This document shows positions 53,415-64,000 of a DNA stretch of 64,000 bases, one piece after another. Source of the stretch: a virus. A model generated the notes under the pieces. The model searched no databases, had not been told where the DNA came from, and worked only from the letters and a program-made list of their open reading frames with translations. The stretch spans positions 1 through 64,000 of IMG/VR virus record IMGVR_UViG_3300021963_000084, one strand, 5' to 3'. The translations under genes and the position numbers were made by a program. The stretch's first letter is position 1. Every line of letters starts with the position of its first letter.

Positions 53415-56400
53415 ATGGCAAAGCAGTTATCTTATTACTACACTTTTACACCAGGCACAAACACTGTTGTAGTGAGTGGTAATGTTAACAGGAAAAGACT
53501 GTTACTGATTACCAACACCACAAGAAATGTAATCATTTATAATATGACCCAGCCATCGCTGGGTGCATCATCAATTACATATAATGATGCAACAAATGAA
53601 ACTACAGTTGTACTTACATACAATTGTGGTGCTGCTGGAATGCTTTCCACAGACGTTCTTCAGATTTTCTCTGAACAAGACGCTGTAACATTCCAACCTG
53701 CAGATTGGTTAGTTGACCCTGTTAGCAAATTGCGTGTATCGCAACCTAACACTTTGATTGATACAGACTTTGAATATGGTCTTCAGTCAACCAAGTGGGA
53801 ATCTCTGGAAAGAGTAAACAACATTCCAAGTTTCTATTCTTCCACAAACGACACTCCACTTAGCAACATTACGAGTGTAACTACAAATGGCGGCAAGGAA
53901 GTTACGGTAACTACTTCTTCTGCTCACGGTCTGACCACTGGTACTCCAATTGATATTCGTGGTCTGAACTCAATCACTGCCGAGGGCACATATCTTATCC
54001 GTAAGACAACTGATTATCAATTCACCTTTGAGGTATCTGCTGTTCAGGGTGGTACTCCTTCTATACCTATTTCAATTTTAACACCTTATACTAATGTAAT
54101 TGTTGGTCGTTTCTATGTCAACTCTTCACTGAATCTTGACAATAGCACAACAAACGAAGATGGTCCTATTGCAACTGATTCTGTATCACCATCTAGTACA
54201 TTAACCGCAACAACTTCGTATGACCACGGTTTTGTTGCTAATGCACCTTTTTATATCACAAACAGCCTTGGTAATACTTCGGTAAACTTTGACCCCGCAG
54301 CGTTCTCGATCGGTGGTAATATTGAAGATAGAACTGCTTTCGACTTTGATACAGGTTTCTTTAACCCATATGAACCAGTACACGATGGTTGCACACTCAG
54401 AAGAATTCCTGCAACTCAACTTGATAACCGTTCAACAACCGCTGTAGTAACTGGTTCAATTTCTGGTACTACTCTTAACGTTTCTGGTGTAACTTCAGGT
54501 ACTCTTGTAATTGGACAAACAATTACTGGTGCTGGTGTATCACCAAACACTGTAATTACTGCTCTTGGTACTGGGTCAGGTGGAACTGGTAGTTATACTG
54601 TTAATATTACTCAAACTGTATCTGCTGGTACTACTTTAACTGCAGCATTCCCAACTTCTGGTTTTATTACAATTCCTAATCATGGACTTGTAACTGGTGA
54701 TGCAATTTGCTACATCGGTACAACTGGATCACAAAGTCCTCAAATTGCTGCTGTTACCGCTGGATACTTCCAGGTTTCTTCAGGTAATATTCCAACATAT
54801 AATAATGGTCCTACAACGCCTGGTCAGAGCACAGACCTCTCCAGTTGGATGTATGCCGTTGTAATCGATAAGGATACCATTAGAGTAGCAACCAACCCTA
54901 AGGATGCTTATGATAGAACTAACCTGATTGTATTCACATCTTTTGGTGATTCTCCTAACAATGATCTGTTCTTTGGTCTGATGGCTAAGAGAGGATTTGA
55001 AATTCAATCTTCAATCCTAAACGTTCAAACTATTGCTGGTTCTTCTGAAGTAAAAGTAAATCTTGTTTCTGGTGCAACTTGCAGAAGTGTTGGCATTTAC
55101 CCAGAAATGCAGGTAACACTTTCCGACACTGGCGTAAGTGCTATGGATGGTGTTTATGTAGTCAAGGAAAACCCAGTTACTGTAAACTTTGCAAATGAGA
55201 TTTTCCAAGAGAATGACACTCATTTCATTATGGAAGGTCCTACAAATGCATCCGCAGCACTTGTAACTCAGGCAGCTACTGCTACCTACACCTTATCAGC
55301 AACTGCTGCTGCAACTAATGTATTCCTGACACAAAATCTTCTTGAGAGAACTGTAACACCAGCAAGCATCGTAACTGTTTCTGGTTCTACTGTAACAATT
55401 AGCGGTGTATCTAATCTTGGTGATGGTGCATCTCCTTATAGAGTTGGATCCACTGTAAGATTTACAGCTCTCGGTGGTGTAATCACTGGTGCTACTGCGT
55501 ATACTGATTATTATATCACTGCAGCAACTGCTATTGTTAATGGTGTATCGACACTGACACTTTCTTCAACTCATCCAACAGTTGCTAACACAGCACTGAC
55601 TCTTGCAACTACTGCAACAACTATTGCTACTTGCACGGGTTCGATTTCAGGTACTACTCTGACTGTAAGCGTAGCTCCAACTGGTGGTACTTTACAAATT
55701 GGTCAAGTAATTACTGGAACTGGTATTGCTCCTGGTACTACAATTGTAGGTTTTGGTACTGGTAATGGTAGCAACACTGGTACTTACTATGTAAGTATTT
55801 CGCAAACAGTATCTTCTACTTCAATTACTGCATCAGTATTCTTGAAAGTTTACACTAGTGGTATTCGTACTCAGATTCACGCTGGTGCGCTTTCTTGGAT
55901 GAACCACACCAGAATGTCGATACATGATTGGGGTTCAATCACTGCTAAGATGTTTACTCGTGAGTGCATCTCAAACAGTGGTTCGCAAATTTTCCTCAAG
56001 AATCACGGTCTGTTAAATGGTCAACCTCTGATGTATGTCGGTGGTGGTAACGGTTGGGCAATTAATAGTGGTACTCCATTCTTCTTCCAAGAATCTGCAA
56101 ACCAGTCACCAATATACTTCGTTGAAACAGTTGACCGTGATAATATCAGAATTTGGACTTCTGAACCTGATGGTGTTGTAGGTGCTTATGGTGGTTATAC
56201 AAATAACGCATCTTCAATTTCTGGTAACCAGCAAGTTACTCTGAGTCCAACAGGTTCACCAAGCGTTCTGCCTGTAACTCACGCTGGTGGTGTATATCAA
56301 CTGCACCCTGGATTTGTAGTTGCAAACTTCACTTCAGTTGCCAATACTCAAGGTCAAGGTAGAGATAAGGCTGTCGGTCTGTTCCAGAGAGTCCCTGCTT

Positions 56401-59400
56401 GGATGACTGAGAATGCTCCTGTCATTATCAAGACTAACGTAGGTGCTTCACTGCCCGTATCTGATACAAGACAAGTTCCTGGTGGTTGGCCTTCAACTGG
56501 TCCAGCAATTTTCCAATCAACACCAAGTACTTGGGGTACTTCTGCTGCAAACAATACTGTTCAGTTTGCTAAGTACTTCGCAAGAGGTATTCAGGAAAAC
56601 TATTCAGGTGAAACAACCTTCACTGGTACTATTGCAGGAACCACTCTTACAGTAACTGCAGTTCCCGTAAACTCAGTAATTCCAATTCAAGTTGGAATGG
56701 AACTGACTGGAACTGGAGTATCTGCTGGCACCGTAATCATTGCTGGTCCTACTGCAGGTGGAACTGGTACTTATACAGTTAATATTACTCAATCAGTAAG
56801 CAGCACCACAATTAGAGGTGTAACTAGAGCAGAATATACTCAGTCAGGTAGAGCAGAATTTGCATTCTCGATTGCTCCTAATGGACAACCAATCAACTTT
56901 ATTACTACAAGTGCTGTTCCTGGAACTTCAACTGCAACTGCTCCAGCAAGATTCTTCTGCACAAGAGTTGTAGATAATCCTTATGCTAACACATTCTTCC
57001 TGCCATTCCACGGTGGTACTGTAGGTAGAAGAACAACATATGTAACTGGTGCGTTCAATACTTCAACACCAGTAGGATCACAAGAAACAGAATCAATTCT
57101 TCCTATTGCAACTGGATTCCCAAGACCTGCATTTGATTACATCACCGACCGTAACAACATTAGATGGCCAAGAACAAACCTTGTTCTGAACCACGGTGCT
57201 GCTCAAGGTACTACAACATTTACTGGTTTCGATTTCAATGGTACTGATTACGCTAACGTTGTTTCTAACAACACTCGTTATCAAATGGTTCCTCTGACAA
57301 ATGATATCTTCAGAATTGCACAGGTAGGTACAAGACTACCAACAGGTTCACCTACAATTCAATTCACACTGAACCAGTCACAAACTCAGAGACAGAACCT
57401 TCAAACCGTTGCTAACGTAGGTACAAGAGCTACTAACGCTGCTGGTGGTCCTTTCGGTGTAACACAAGTCAAGTTCTTGACTTCAGCGACAACAAGAATT
57501 CCTAATGCTAATGCAAACAGAATTATTGTTCCTATTCAAAGACTGACATTCCTTGAGAATGACCTTGTAAGATATGATACAAATGGTGGTTCCGAAGTTA
57601 ATAGCTTGTTTGGTGGTCTGAACGGTCTTCAGAATGGTAGCGTTTATTCGATTAAAAACGTTTCTCTCAAAACACCTATCGGAACTGGTCTTTCCACAAG
57701 CAGAAACTTCAGTTCAACTGCAACTGTATTAGAGTTTGATACTGCAAATACTGCAATTTACACTGCTTCGATTGCAGGAAATGTAATGACAGTAACTGCT
57801 GTTTCTACTGGTGTACTCCAAGTTGGTGAATTAGTTACGGGAACTGGTGTTGCTGCTAATACAATTATTACAGCATTTGGTACTGGAACTGGTGGTATCG
57901 GAACATACTCTGTATCTGGTCCAGCACAAACAGTATCATCAACCACAATGCAAGGTGTATCCTCAGTAAGAGTTGAAGAAGGAGATATTCTTCAAATTGG
58001 TTCTCCTGATGGTGCTGCTGAGCAAGTTCTTGTAGGAGCTGCTGCAAGATTTACTGGTAGTATTTCAGGCACAACTCTCACAGTTTCTGGAGTAACAAGT
58101 GGCACTCTTGCTCTGAATCAAACACTGACTGGAACTGGCGTAACTCCTGGAACAGCAATTGTTGCATTTGGTTCAGGTAGTGGTGGTGCTGGTACTTATA
58201 CTGTTAATATTTCACAAACAGTTACTGCTGGAACTGTAATGGCTGCTTCAAGTGGAAGCAATTCAATTACAGTAACAAGAGGATTTGCTGGCACAACACC
58301 TCAGGCAATTCCAGAGGCTGCTCCAATCTTTAAAATTTTTGGTTCATTCCAACTATATTCACAGAACTTGCTGACACCAAGAAACTTCACTATTCTTGCT
58401 GCTTCGGTCAATGCAACAACCTTTATCTTTACCCAAACTGACCATAGACTGAATACTGGTGACCCAATCGTATACATCAGTGGTGGTGCTACTGATCCAT
58501 TCACAGGTGCTGGACTTGCTGCAAACACTATTGTATTTGCAATCGTAATTGATGCAAACACATTCAGAATTGCACCTACTAAGGAAGCTGCATATTCAGA
58601 CTTCTTCATAACAACCACTTCAACGAATACCAACTTCCTCACAGTTGTTGATACAATTCCTCTGAAGTCGTTCGTTAACCAGTCTGACTTTGACCACAAA
58701 CTTCTCAACGTTTCTTCAACTGGTTCGATTGATGGTCCTTATACTGCTCAATCTGTAACTTCAAGAACTCTGAGACTGAAGCCAACTAATAATTCTGCAC
58801 TGACCATTAACCCAAGAGAACTGGTATTCAACCCAGCAAAAACAGTTAACCTGAAGACTGGTCAGTTCTACTATGGTGGTCACGGTTTCTCGCAAGGAAC
58901 GAGAGTTATTTACTCCAGAAACGGAAACCGTTTTGAGATTGGTAGACAGAAGCAACTGGTATTTGAGATTTCTCAAATTAACAGAACAAACAATGTTGCT
59001 ACAATTACATTTACTGCACCTCATGGTTTAACTGTTGGTCAAACTTATCAGGCACAATACCTCAATGTAACGACTGCTGGACAAGATAGTTTTGATATTA
59101 CAAATGCTCCTGTATTTGCAGTATCAGCAACTCAAGTTTCTTATGCGACTGGTCAAAATGGGCAATCAGCAGTTTCTACACAATCTGGTACTGGAACAAT
59201 GGCGCTGTGGGGCACACAACACCCAATGCAAGGATTTAATTGCCTATATGATATCGACCTTTCAACTGTTACTGCTCCTGTAGGAAATGGCACTACTGTA
59301 ACCTACACCATTGCACATAACACAGTTCAAGAACCATTTGCTGTTGGCGATACTGTAAACGTAACTGGTGTTCTGGTTGGAGGTAGCACCAATAATGGTT

Positions 59401-62400
59401 ACAATGGTACATTCAAGGTTGTGTCTTCAACTTCAACCACTATCACAGTAACCAATAATACTACTGGCGGTTCTCCATCTGTTCCTGCAACTGGTTGTTC
59501 AATCAGAGGTGTTTATTTCGTAGTTCGTGAAAGTTTCGATATCTTCCGTCTCGCTAGAACAAAAGCTCTGGCACACGCTGGCGTAGGTATTCAAAACTTC
59601 TCTTGCCAAGGTTCCAACTTTGTTGCTCCAGTTCAGTTTGCAATTAGCAATATTTCACGTTCAGCAAACGTTGCTACTGTAACAACAGCTGCTGCTCACA
59701 ATCTTGTAGTTAATCAAACATATAATGCTTCTATCATTGAGATTACAACTGCTGGTTTCTTATCATTCGCAGCAAGCAACGTATACATTACTGTCACTGG
59801 TGCTAATACATTTACATATGCTAACGCTGGTACGAACGTAGGTTCAACTGCTGTTACTGGAACTCTGACAATTTCAGGTATTAATGAAGTTGGTCATAAA
59901 CTGATTTCGTTCCAGGTAAGTGGTGAAACTCTGGGTAATGGTACTGCTACCGTTATCGCAAGAGACGCTATCCTGACTGACCCAACAACACTTGCAAACA
60001 GTGTAAGACCAGCGACCGATAGAATCTCTTTCGGTATAGTGAGTCACGGTTTCGTAACGGGTGACCGTATTACCTACCGTATTTGGGGTAATGGTTCTGT
60101 AATCCTTGGTCTGACTGATGGTGCTAATTATTTTATTAACAACACTGTCAACCCTAACACGACTGGTCCTCTCTCAAGAGGTGGTGTTGAATCTGGACAA
60201 ACTGCAACACAATTCTCACTTCACAATACTTGGGTAGGTGCTTATACCAACACTGATATTGTTGATATTCTTGGTGGTGGTACTGGTGCTCTGCATCAGT
60301 TTAAGGTTTCCAACCCAACTCTGAGAGGCACTACATTCAAGGGTGAATGGTCATCTGGAGATAACTATGCTTACGGTGATGTTGTCACATATCGTGGCGA
60401 ATACTTTATGTCAGTCAGCGGTGCTACTGCTCCTGGGCAAACAACATTTGTTGCTAACACTGGTAGAACTCCTGTAGAAACTAGTGGTGCATATAACAAC
60501 GCTTGGCAGCAGGTTCCTAACCTTCCTGCATACTCATCAAGATTCCTTGCACAGTATAAGGGTGGCGATACAGTTCTTCTGTCGAATACTGTTCCAACGA
60601 GAACTGTTCCTTTTGCTGCTAGTGTTACTACACCTTCACAAACAACTGGTGTATTCTCTGTTGCTAACCACAGACTTGCTACGGGTGATGGCGTAATTTA
60701 CCGTACTAATAACCTCGGCGGTCAAAACTCCAACGGTTCATCACTGCAGAGCATTTATGCATCAGGTATTCCACAAAGACCACAAGCTGGTAACAGCGTA
60801 GTCTGGAATAACGATAAAATTCTTGCTGACAACATCTATTATGTAAACGTTCTCGATGAGAGCAACTTCACGCTGCACTTATCACTTGCTGGAGCACTTT
60901 CAGGTAACTCTTTCGTCGGCAACATTAACCAACCAACTGGTTTTGCGATTACCAACTTCACAAGAGCTCAAATCAATAACATCTGGACTAACACTATTAC
61001 TGCTACCTCTCACGGTCTCGTAGTTGGTGCAAGATATCTGGGTTCTGTTGATTGTGCAACTGGTCCTGCTGACCCATCAACTTTTGACGCATACAACGTA
61101 GTTCTGACTGTAACTGATGCTAACACACTGACATATCCAAGTACAACCTCGGGTGCTGTCGGTTCAATTGCTGGTACTGGTACTCTGAGACTTATCGACG
61201 CAACTGATTTGGTAATTCCTGGTTCAGCATTCACTGGAACTGGTGTTCATAGACTTGAGAAACTTGAAGGTGTTGTTTATCAACCAACTGTTATCTCGGT
61301 TAACAGCGATAACGAAATGGTTATCACTGACCCACTGCCTTCCAGACAGATTGTATTCAACCCACAAGGTTCATTCGTAAATCAGGCTGGTACAACTCAA
61401 CCAATTGTTAACCTTGTAACTGGTGACATTTATCTGCCCAATCACGGTATTACTACTGGTACTAAACTGTACTATTCATCTGGTTTCCAGATTGGTACAA
61501 GACTTGGTAATACTCCTGTCGCTGCTGGTATTTACTTTGCAATTAAGATTAACGATGATATTATTAGACTTGGTGCAAGCACGACTGCTGATGCTGCAAA
61601 CGCATTAGCAAACCTGTCTGCTGCTCTTCGTGGTCAAGCATTTGTTCCATCATCAACAGGTTCTGGTTTCAACCACTACCTCATCGTTGCTGCTCCTGCT
61701 GGTTCTACCAACATTCGTTATAACACAAGTGGTGATTTAATCAATGATACAACTGGCGCTGCAGCTGCTAACATTGGACCCGCAAACTCCAACTACTACA
61801 GCAACCAAGTTTCTGCTAACCTTCGTGACGGTGTACTTCAGGGTGTTAACTTCCTGTATCCAACTCAAGTTTATACCAGAGCAAACTGTGTTAACGTTCA
61901 TAGACCATTTGACGGTGGTGTAGAACTTCAGGCTGCTAAGGCACCTCAAGTTATGATTACCAGACAGACACGTAAGTACTTCCGTTATCAGTCTGGTAAG
62001 GGTCTCCAGTATTCAACTGGTATCAACTTCAGTCCATCACTGGATGTTTCATACATCACGCACGATGGTTCTACCTATGCAACTATTGTAACCAGAAAGG
62101 CACATAACCTTGTTGCTGGTAACAGAATTATGGTAGAGAACGTTGAAGTAACTTCAGGTGTAGCAACTCCATACACAAATCCATCAAACAATCTGTACTT
62201 CACAGTATTTGATGTAATTGACGAGTTTACCTTCCGTTATGCAACAAACGGAGTACCTGCAGACCTCGCTCCTTCAGGATTCCCAGATCTGTTTGTATAC
62301 GAATGGTCTGGTGCTTCTGTTCGTGCTGGTATGTTTGATGACCAAAATGGTATGTACTTTGAATATGATGGTCAAAATCTGAATTGTGTAAGAAGATCTG

Positions 62401-63506
62401 CAACTGGTCAGTTAGGTGGTTTTGTAAGTGTAGCATTCAACAGCAATATTGTAACTGGTACTAACACTAGATTTACTAAGCAACTTTCACCTGGACACTC
62501 AATCGTCATTCGTGGACAAACCTACAAGGTTGGTTCGGTTGTAAGTGATACTCAAATCAACATCACTCCTGCATACAGAGGTGTTGCTGGTAGCAGAATC
62601 GTTATGACGAAAGTTGAAGAAGTCAGAGTTCCTCAATCACAGTGGAATATTGATAAGTGTGATGGAACAGGAATTAATGGATTCCACCTGAATATTCACA
62701 GAATGCAGATGGCATACATTGATTACTCCTGGTATGGTGCTGGTAAGGTACGTTTCGGATTTAAGGATACTGATGGTCGTGTATTCTACTGCCACGAGTT
62801 TGTACATAACAACAAGAAAGTTGAAGCATACCTCCGTTCTGGTAACCTTCCCGCTCGTTATGAAATTGAAAATGGTATTAACCCAACCTACTCACCATCG
62901 CTCTATCACTGGGGTGCTTCGGTAATTATGGATGGCGTATTTGAGGATGACAAGGCATACCTGTTCACCGCTGCTTCAGGTTCCGCTGGTTCTGACATTA
63001 TTACAGTTCCTCAGTCTCTCGCAGGAACAGTTGTTCCAATTCTTTCACTGAGATTAGCACCTGCTGTTGATAGTTCTCTCTCTGGTTCACTTGGAAGCAG
63101 AGACTTAATCAACCGAATGACTGTTAAACCTAACTCTTGCGGTCTGGTTATTACTAACGCAGCAAGCAGAGCTGCTTCGGTTCGTCTGATTCTCAATGGC
63201 AACCTTTCACAATCTGCTTATTTTAGCGGTTATGGTTCACCATCACTGTGTCAAGTAATTAAGCACACTGGTCAGGCACAAGATACTATCACTGGCGGTA
63301 CGATTGTATTTGAATTCCGTGCTGCTGCTGGCGCTCCTATCACTCAGGACCTAGGACAGCTGATTGAACTTGGTAACTCGATTATGGGCGGTGACTTTGT
63401 ATATCCAAACGGTCCAGATATTCTGACTCTGGCAATCGTTCCTACTGATACTGGTGCAGTAACAACCGTCACTGCACGTCTCACCTGGACTGAATCGCAG
63501 GCATAA
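53415..63506 (+). CDS. giant tail-fibre-like structural protein (3363 aa)
   Basis: [14 protein letters not shown]; repeated HG(L/F)xTGD beta modules; five TGSISGTTL-type repeats; C-terminal [14 protein letters not shown]...YSWYGAG domain. Confidence 0.8.
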   Translation: MAKQLSYYYTFTPGTNTVVVSGNVNRKRLLLITNTTRNVIIYNMTQPSLGASSITYNDATNETTVVLTYNCGAAGMLSTDVLQIFSEQDAVTFQPADWLVDPVSKLRVSQPNTLIDTDFEYGLQSTKWESLERVNNIPSFYSSTNDTPLSNITSVTTNGGKEVTVTTSSAHGLTTGTPIDIRGLNSITAEGTYLIRKTTDYQFTFEVSAVQGGTPSIPISILTPYTNVIVGRFYVNSSLNLDNSTTNEDGPIATDSVSPSSTLTATTSYDHGFVANAPFYITNSLGNTSVNFDPAAFSIGGNIEDRTAFDFDTGFFNPYEPVHDGCTLRRIPATQLDNRSTTAVVTGSISGTTLNVSGVTSGTLVIGQTITGAGVSPNTVITALGTGSGGTGSYTVNITQTVSAGTTLTAAFPTSGFITIPNHGLVTGDAICYIGTTGSQSPQIAAVTAGYFQVSSGNIPTYNNGPTTPGQSTDLSSWMYAVVIDKDTIRVATNPKDAYDRTNLIVFTSFGDSPNNDLFFGLMAKRGFEIQSSILNVQTIAGSSEVKVNLVSGATCRSVGIYPEMQVTLSDTGVSAMDGVYVVKENPVTVNFANEIFQENDTHFIMEGPTNASAALVTQAATATYTLSATAAATNVFLTQNLLERTVTPASIVTVSGSTVTISGVSNLGDGASPYRVGSTVRFTALGGVITGATAYTDYYITAATAIVNGVSTLTLSSTHPTVANTALTLATTATTIATCTGSISGTTLTVSVAPTGGTLQIGQVITGTGIAPGTTIVGFGTGNGSNTGTYYVSISQTVSSTSITASVFLKVYTSGIRTQIHAGALSWMNHTRMSIHDWGSITAKMFTRECISNSGSQIFLKNHGLLNGQPLMYVGGGNGWAINSGTPFFFQESANQSPIYFVETVDRDNIRIWTSEPDGVVGAYGGYTNNASSISGNQQVTLSPTGSPSVLPVTHAGGVYQLHPGFVVANFTSVANTQGQGRDKAVGLFQRVPAWMTENAPVIIKTNVGASLPVSDTRQVPGGWPSTGPAIFQSTPSTWGTSAANNTVQFAKYFARGIQENYSGETTFTGTIAGTTLTVTAVPVNSVIPIQVGMELTGTGVSAGTVIIAGPTAGGTGTYTVNITQSVSSTTIRGVTRAEYTQSGRAEFAFSIAPNGQPINFITTSAVPGTSTATAPARFFCTRVVDNPYANTFFLPFHGGTVGRRTTYVTGAFNTSTPVGSQETESILPIATGFPRPAFDYITDRNNIRWPRTNLVLNHGAAQGTTTFTGFDFNGTDYANVVSNNTRYQMVPLTNDIFRIAQVGTRLPTGSPTIQFTLNQSQTQRQNLQTVANVGTRATNAAGGPFGVTQVKFLTSATTRIPNANANRIIVPIQRLTFLENDLVRYDTNGGSEVNSLFGGLNGLQNGSVYSIKNVSLKTPIGTGLSTSRNFSSTATVLEFDTANTAIYTASIAGNVMTVTAVSTGVLQVGELVTGTGVAANTIITAFGTGTGGIGTYSVSGPAQTVSSTTMQGVSSVRVEEGDILQIGSPDGAAEQVLVGAAARFTGSISGTTLTVSGVTSGTLALNQTLTGTGVTPGTAIVAFGSGSGGAGTYTVNISQTVTAGTVMAASSGSNSITVTRGFAGTTPQAIPEAAPIFKIFGSFQLYSQNLLTPRNFTILAASVNATTFIFTQTDHRLNTGDPIVYISGGATDPFTGAGLAANTIVFAIVIDANTFRIAPTKEAAYSDFFITTTSTNTNFLTVVDTIPLKSFVNQSDFDHKLLNVSSTGSIDGPYTAQSVTSRTLRLKPTNNSALTINPRELVFNPAKTVNLKTGQFYYGGHGFSQGTRVIYSRNGNRFEIGRQKQLVFEISQINRTNNVATITFTAPHGLTVGQTYQAQYLNVTTAGQDSFDITNAPVFAVSATQVSYATGQNGQSAVSTQSGTGTMALWGTQHPMQGFNCLYDIDLSTVTAPVGNGTTVTYTIAHNTVQEPFAVGDTVNVTGVLVGGSTNNGYNGTFKVVSSTSTTITVTNNTTGGSPSVPATGCSIRGVYFVVRESFDIFRLARTKALAHAGVGIQNFSCQGSNFVAPVQFAISNISRSANVATVTTAAAHNLVVNQTYNASIIEITTAGFLSFAASNVYITVTGANTFTYANAGTNVGSTAVTGTLTISGINEVGHKLISFQVSGETLGNGTATVIARDAILTDPTTLANSVRPATDRISFGIVSHGFVTGDRITYRIWGNGSVILGLTDGANYFINNTVNPNTTGPLSRGGVESGQTATQFSLHNTWVGAYTNTDIVDILGGGTGALHQFKVSNPTLRGTTFKGEWSSGDNYAYGDVVTYRGEYFMSVSGATAPGQTTFVANTGRTPVETSGAYNNAWQQVPNLPAYSSRFLAQYKGGDTVLLSNTVPTRTVPFAASVTTPSQTTGVFSVANHRLATGDGVIYRTNNLGGQNSNGSSLQSIYASGIPQRPQAGNSVVWNNDKILADNIYYVNVLDESNFTLHLSLAGALSGNSFVGNINQPTGFAITNFTRAQINNIWTNTITATSHGLVVGARYLGSVDCATGPADPSTFDAYNVVLTVTDANTLTYPSTTSGAVGSIAGTGTLRLIDATDLVIPGSAFTGTGVHRLEKLEGVVYQPTVISVNSDNEMVITDPLPSRQIVFNPQGSFVNQAGTTQPIVNLVTGDIYLPNHGITTGTKLYYSSGFQIGTRLGNTPVAAGIYFAIKINDDIIRLGASTTADAANALANLSAALRGQAFVPSSTGSGFNHYLIVAAPAGSTNIRYNTSGDLINDTTGAAAANIGPANSNYYSNQVSANLRDGVLQGVNFLYPTQVYTRANCVNVHRPFDGGVELQAAKAPQVMITRQTRKYFRYQSGKGLQYSTGINFSPSLDVSYITHDGSTYATIVTRKAHNLVAGNRIMVENVEVTSGVATPYTNPSNNLYFTVFDVIDEFTFRYATNGVPADLAPSGFPDLFVYEWSGASVRAGMFDDQNGMYFEYDGQNLNCVRRSATGQLGGFVSVAFNSNIVTGTNTRFTKQLSPGHSIVIRGQTYKVGSVVSDTQINITPAYRGVAGSRIVMTKVEEVRVPQSQWNIDKCDGTGINGFHLNIHRMQMAYIDYSWYGAGKVRFGFKDTDGRVFYCHEFVHNNKKVEAYLRSGNLPARYEIENGINPTYSPSLYHWGASVIMDGVFEDDKAYLFTAASGSAGSDIITVPQSLAGTVVPILSLRLAPAVDSSLSGSLGSRDLINRMTVKPNSCGLVITNAASRAASVRLILNGNLSQSAYFSGYGSPSLCQVIKHTGQAQDTITGGTIVFEFRAAAGAPITQDLGQLIELGNSIMGGDFVYPNGPDILTLAIVPTDTGAVTTVTARLTWTESQA

Positions 63507-63528
63507 TTCTCTCAAACATAAGATACAG

Positions 63529-63554
63529 AGAGGGGGGCAACCCCCTCTTTTTTT
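63529..63554 (+). terminator. intrinsic terminator
   Basis: AGAGGGGG-GCAA-CCCCCTCT + T run (GNRA tetraloop). Confidence 0.9.
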
Positions 63555-63561
63555 ATAAATA
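63554..63561 (+). promoter_or_regulatory. T4-type late promoter
   Basis: TATAAATA directly after the terminator. Confidence 0.8.
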
Positions 63562-63584
63562 ACTTTATAGGAATATTATAACTA

Positions 63585-64000
63585 ATGGCAAGACCCGCTT
63601 CTAGGCAGCAATTAATAGACTATTGTTTGCGTAAACTAGGATTTCCTGTACTTGAAATTAACGTAGATGACGACCAAATTGAAGATGCAATTGATGATGC
63701 AATTCAATTTTTTCAAGAACGTCATTTTGACGGTAGCATTCGCACCATTTTAAAATTAAGAATTACACCAGAAATAGTATCATCTGCGAAAACCAATACT
63801 ACAGTATCAGGAACTACATACTTAGAACAAAATAATTACATCACAATTCCAGACCATATCCTTGGAATCACTCAAGTTTATGCTCAGGACAACAGTGTAT
63901 CTTCAGTATCAGGAAATATTTTTAGTATCAAATATCAGTTATTTTTAAATGATTTCTATAACTTCGGTTCAATGGAAATCCTTAATTACTATATGATTAA
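63585..64000 (+). CDS. gp13: neck protein gp13 (5' part, runs off the window)
   Basis: Hand translation MARPASRQQLIDYCLRKLGFPVLEINVDDDQIEDAIDDAIQFFQERHFDG. Confidence 0.92.
   Translation, partial: MARPASRQQLIDYCLRKLGFPVLEINVDDDQIEDAIDDAIQFFQERHFDGSIRTILKLRITPEIVSSAKTNTTVSGTTYLEQNNYITIPDHILGITQVYAQDNSVSSVSGNIFSIKYQLFLNDFYNFGSMEILNYYMI

Overview
A 64 kb segment of a T4-like cyanomyovirus (Kyanoviridae-like). The assignment rests on the gp25-gp6-gp7-gp8 baseplate wedge genes, a DUF4815/VrlC-like protein, a gp13 neck protein, TATAAATA late promoters and cyanophage-type small ORFs. All credible genes are on the + strand. (1) Positions 1-10.6 kb are an early accessory region of about 40 tiny ORFs and one tRNA-Leu(UAA). 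Much of it forms an array of cassettes. Each cassette begins with a degenerate 22-bp 9-4-9 dyad (consensus GTGACAGTT-N4-AA[C/G]TG[G/T]CAC, 15 copies) that overlaps or abuts the end of the upstream gene. A -10 box follows 28-32 bp later, then a short A/C-rich leader without a Shine-Dalgarno, then 1-4 small genes. Cargo includes an ArdA-like anti-restriction protein, two KTSC-like proteins and several very acidic peptides. GC content rises along the array and drops abruptly at a structured junction near 10.55-10.7 kb. An origin-like locus at 4.5-4.95 kb has three cyanobacterial-type DnaA boxes, tandem perfect sigma70 promoters and an AT-rich repeat block, with a sister AT-rich block at 6.7-6.9 kb. 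(2) Positions 10.7-64 kb are the virion module: glutaredoxin, PAAR protein, a Gly-rich/Ig protein, baseplate genes, fibre-like proteins, a GT4 glycosyltransferase with its own promoter and terminator, two repeat proteins of over 3000 aa, and the start of gp13. The gp7 protein carries a helical insert resembling a phycobiliprotein fold with the CxRD motif retained. All homology calls are by eye from remembered motifs; no searches were run.
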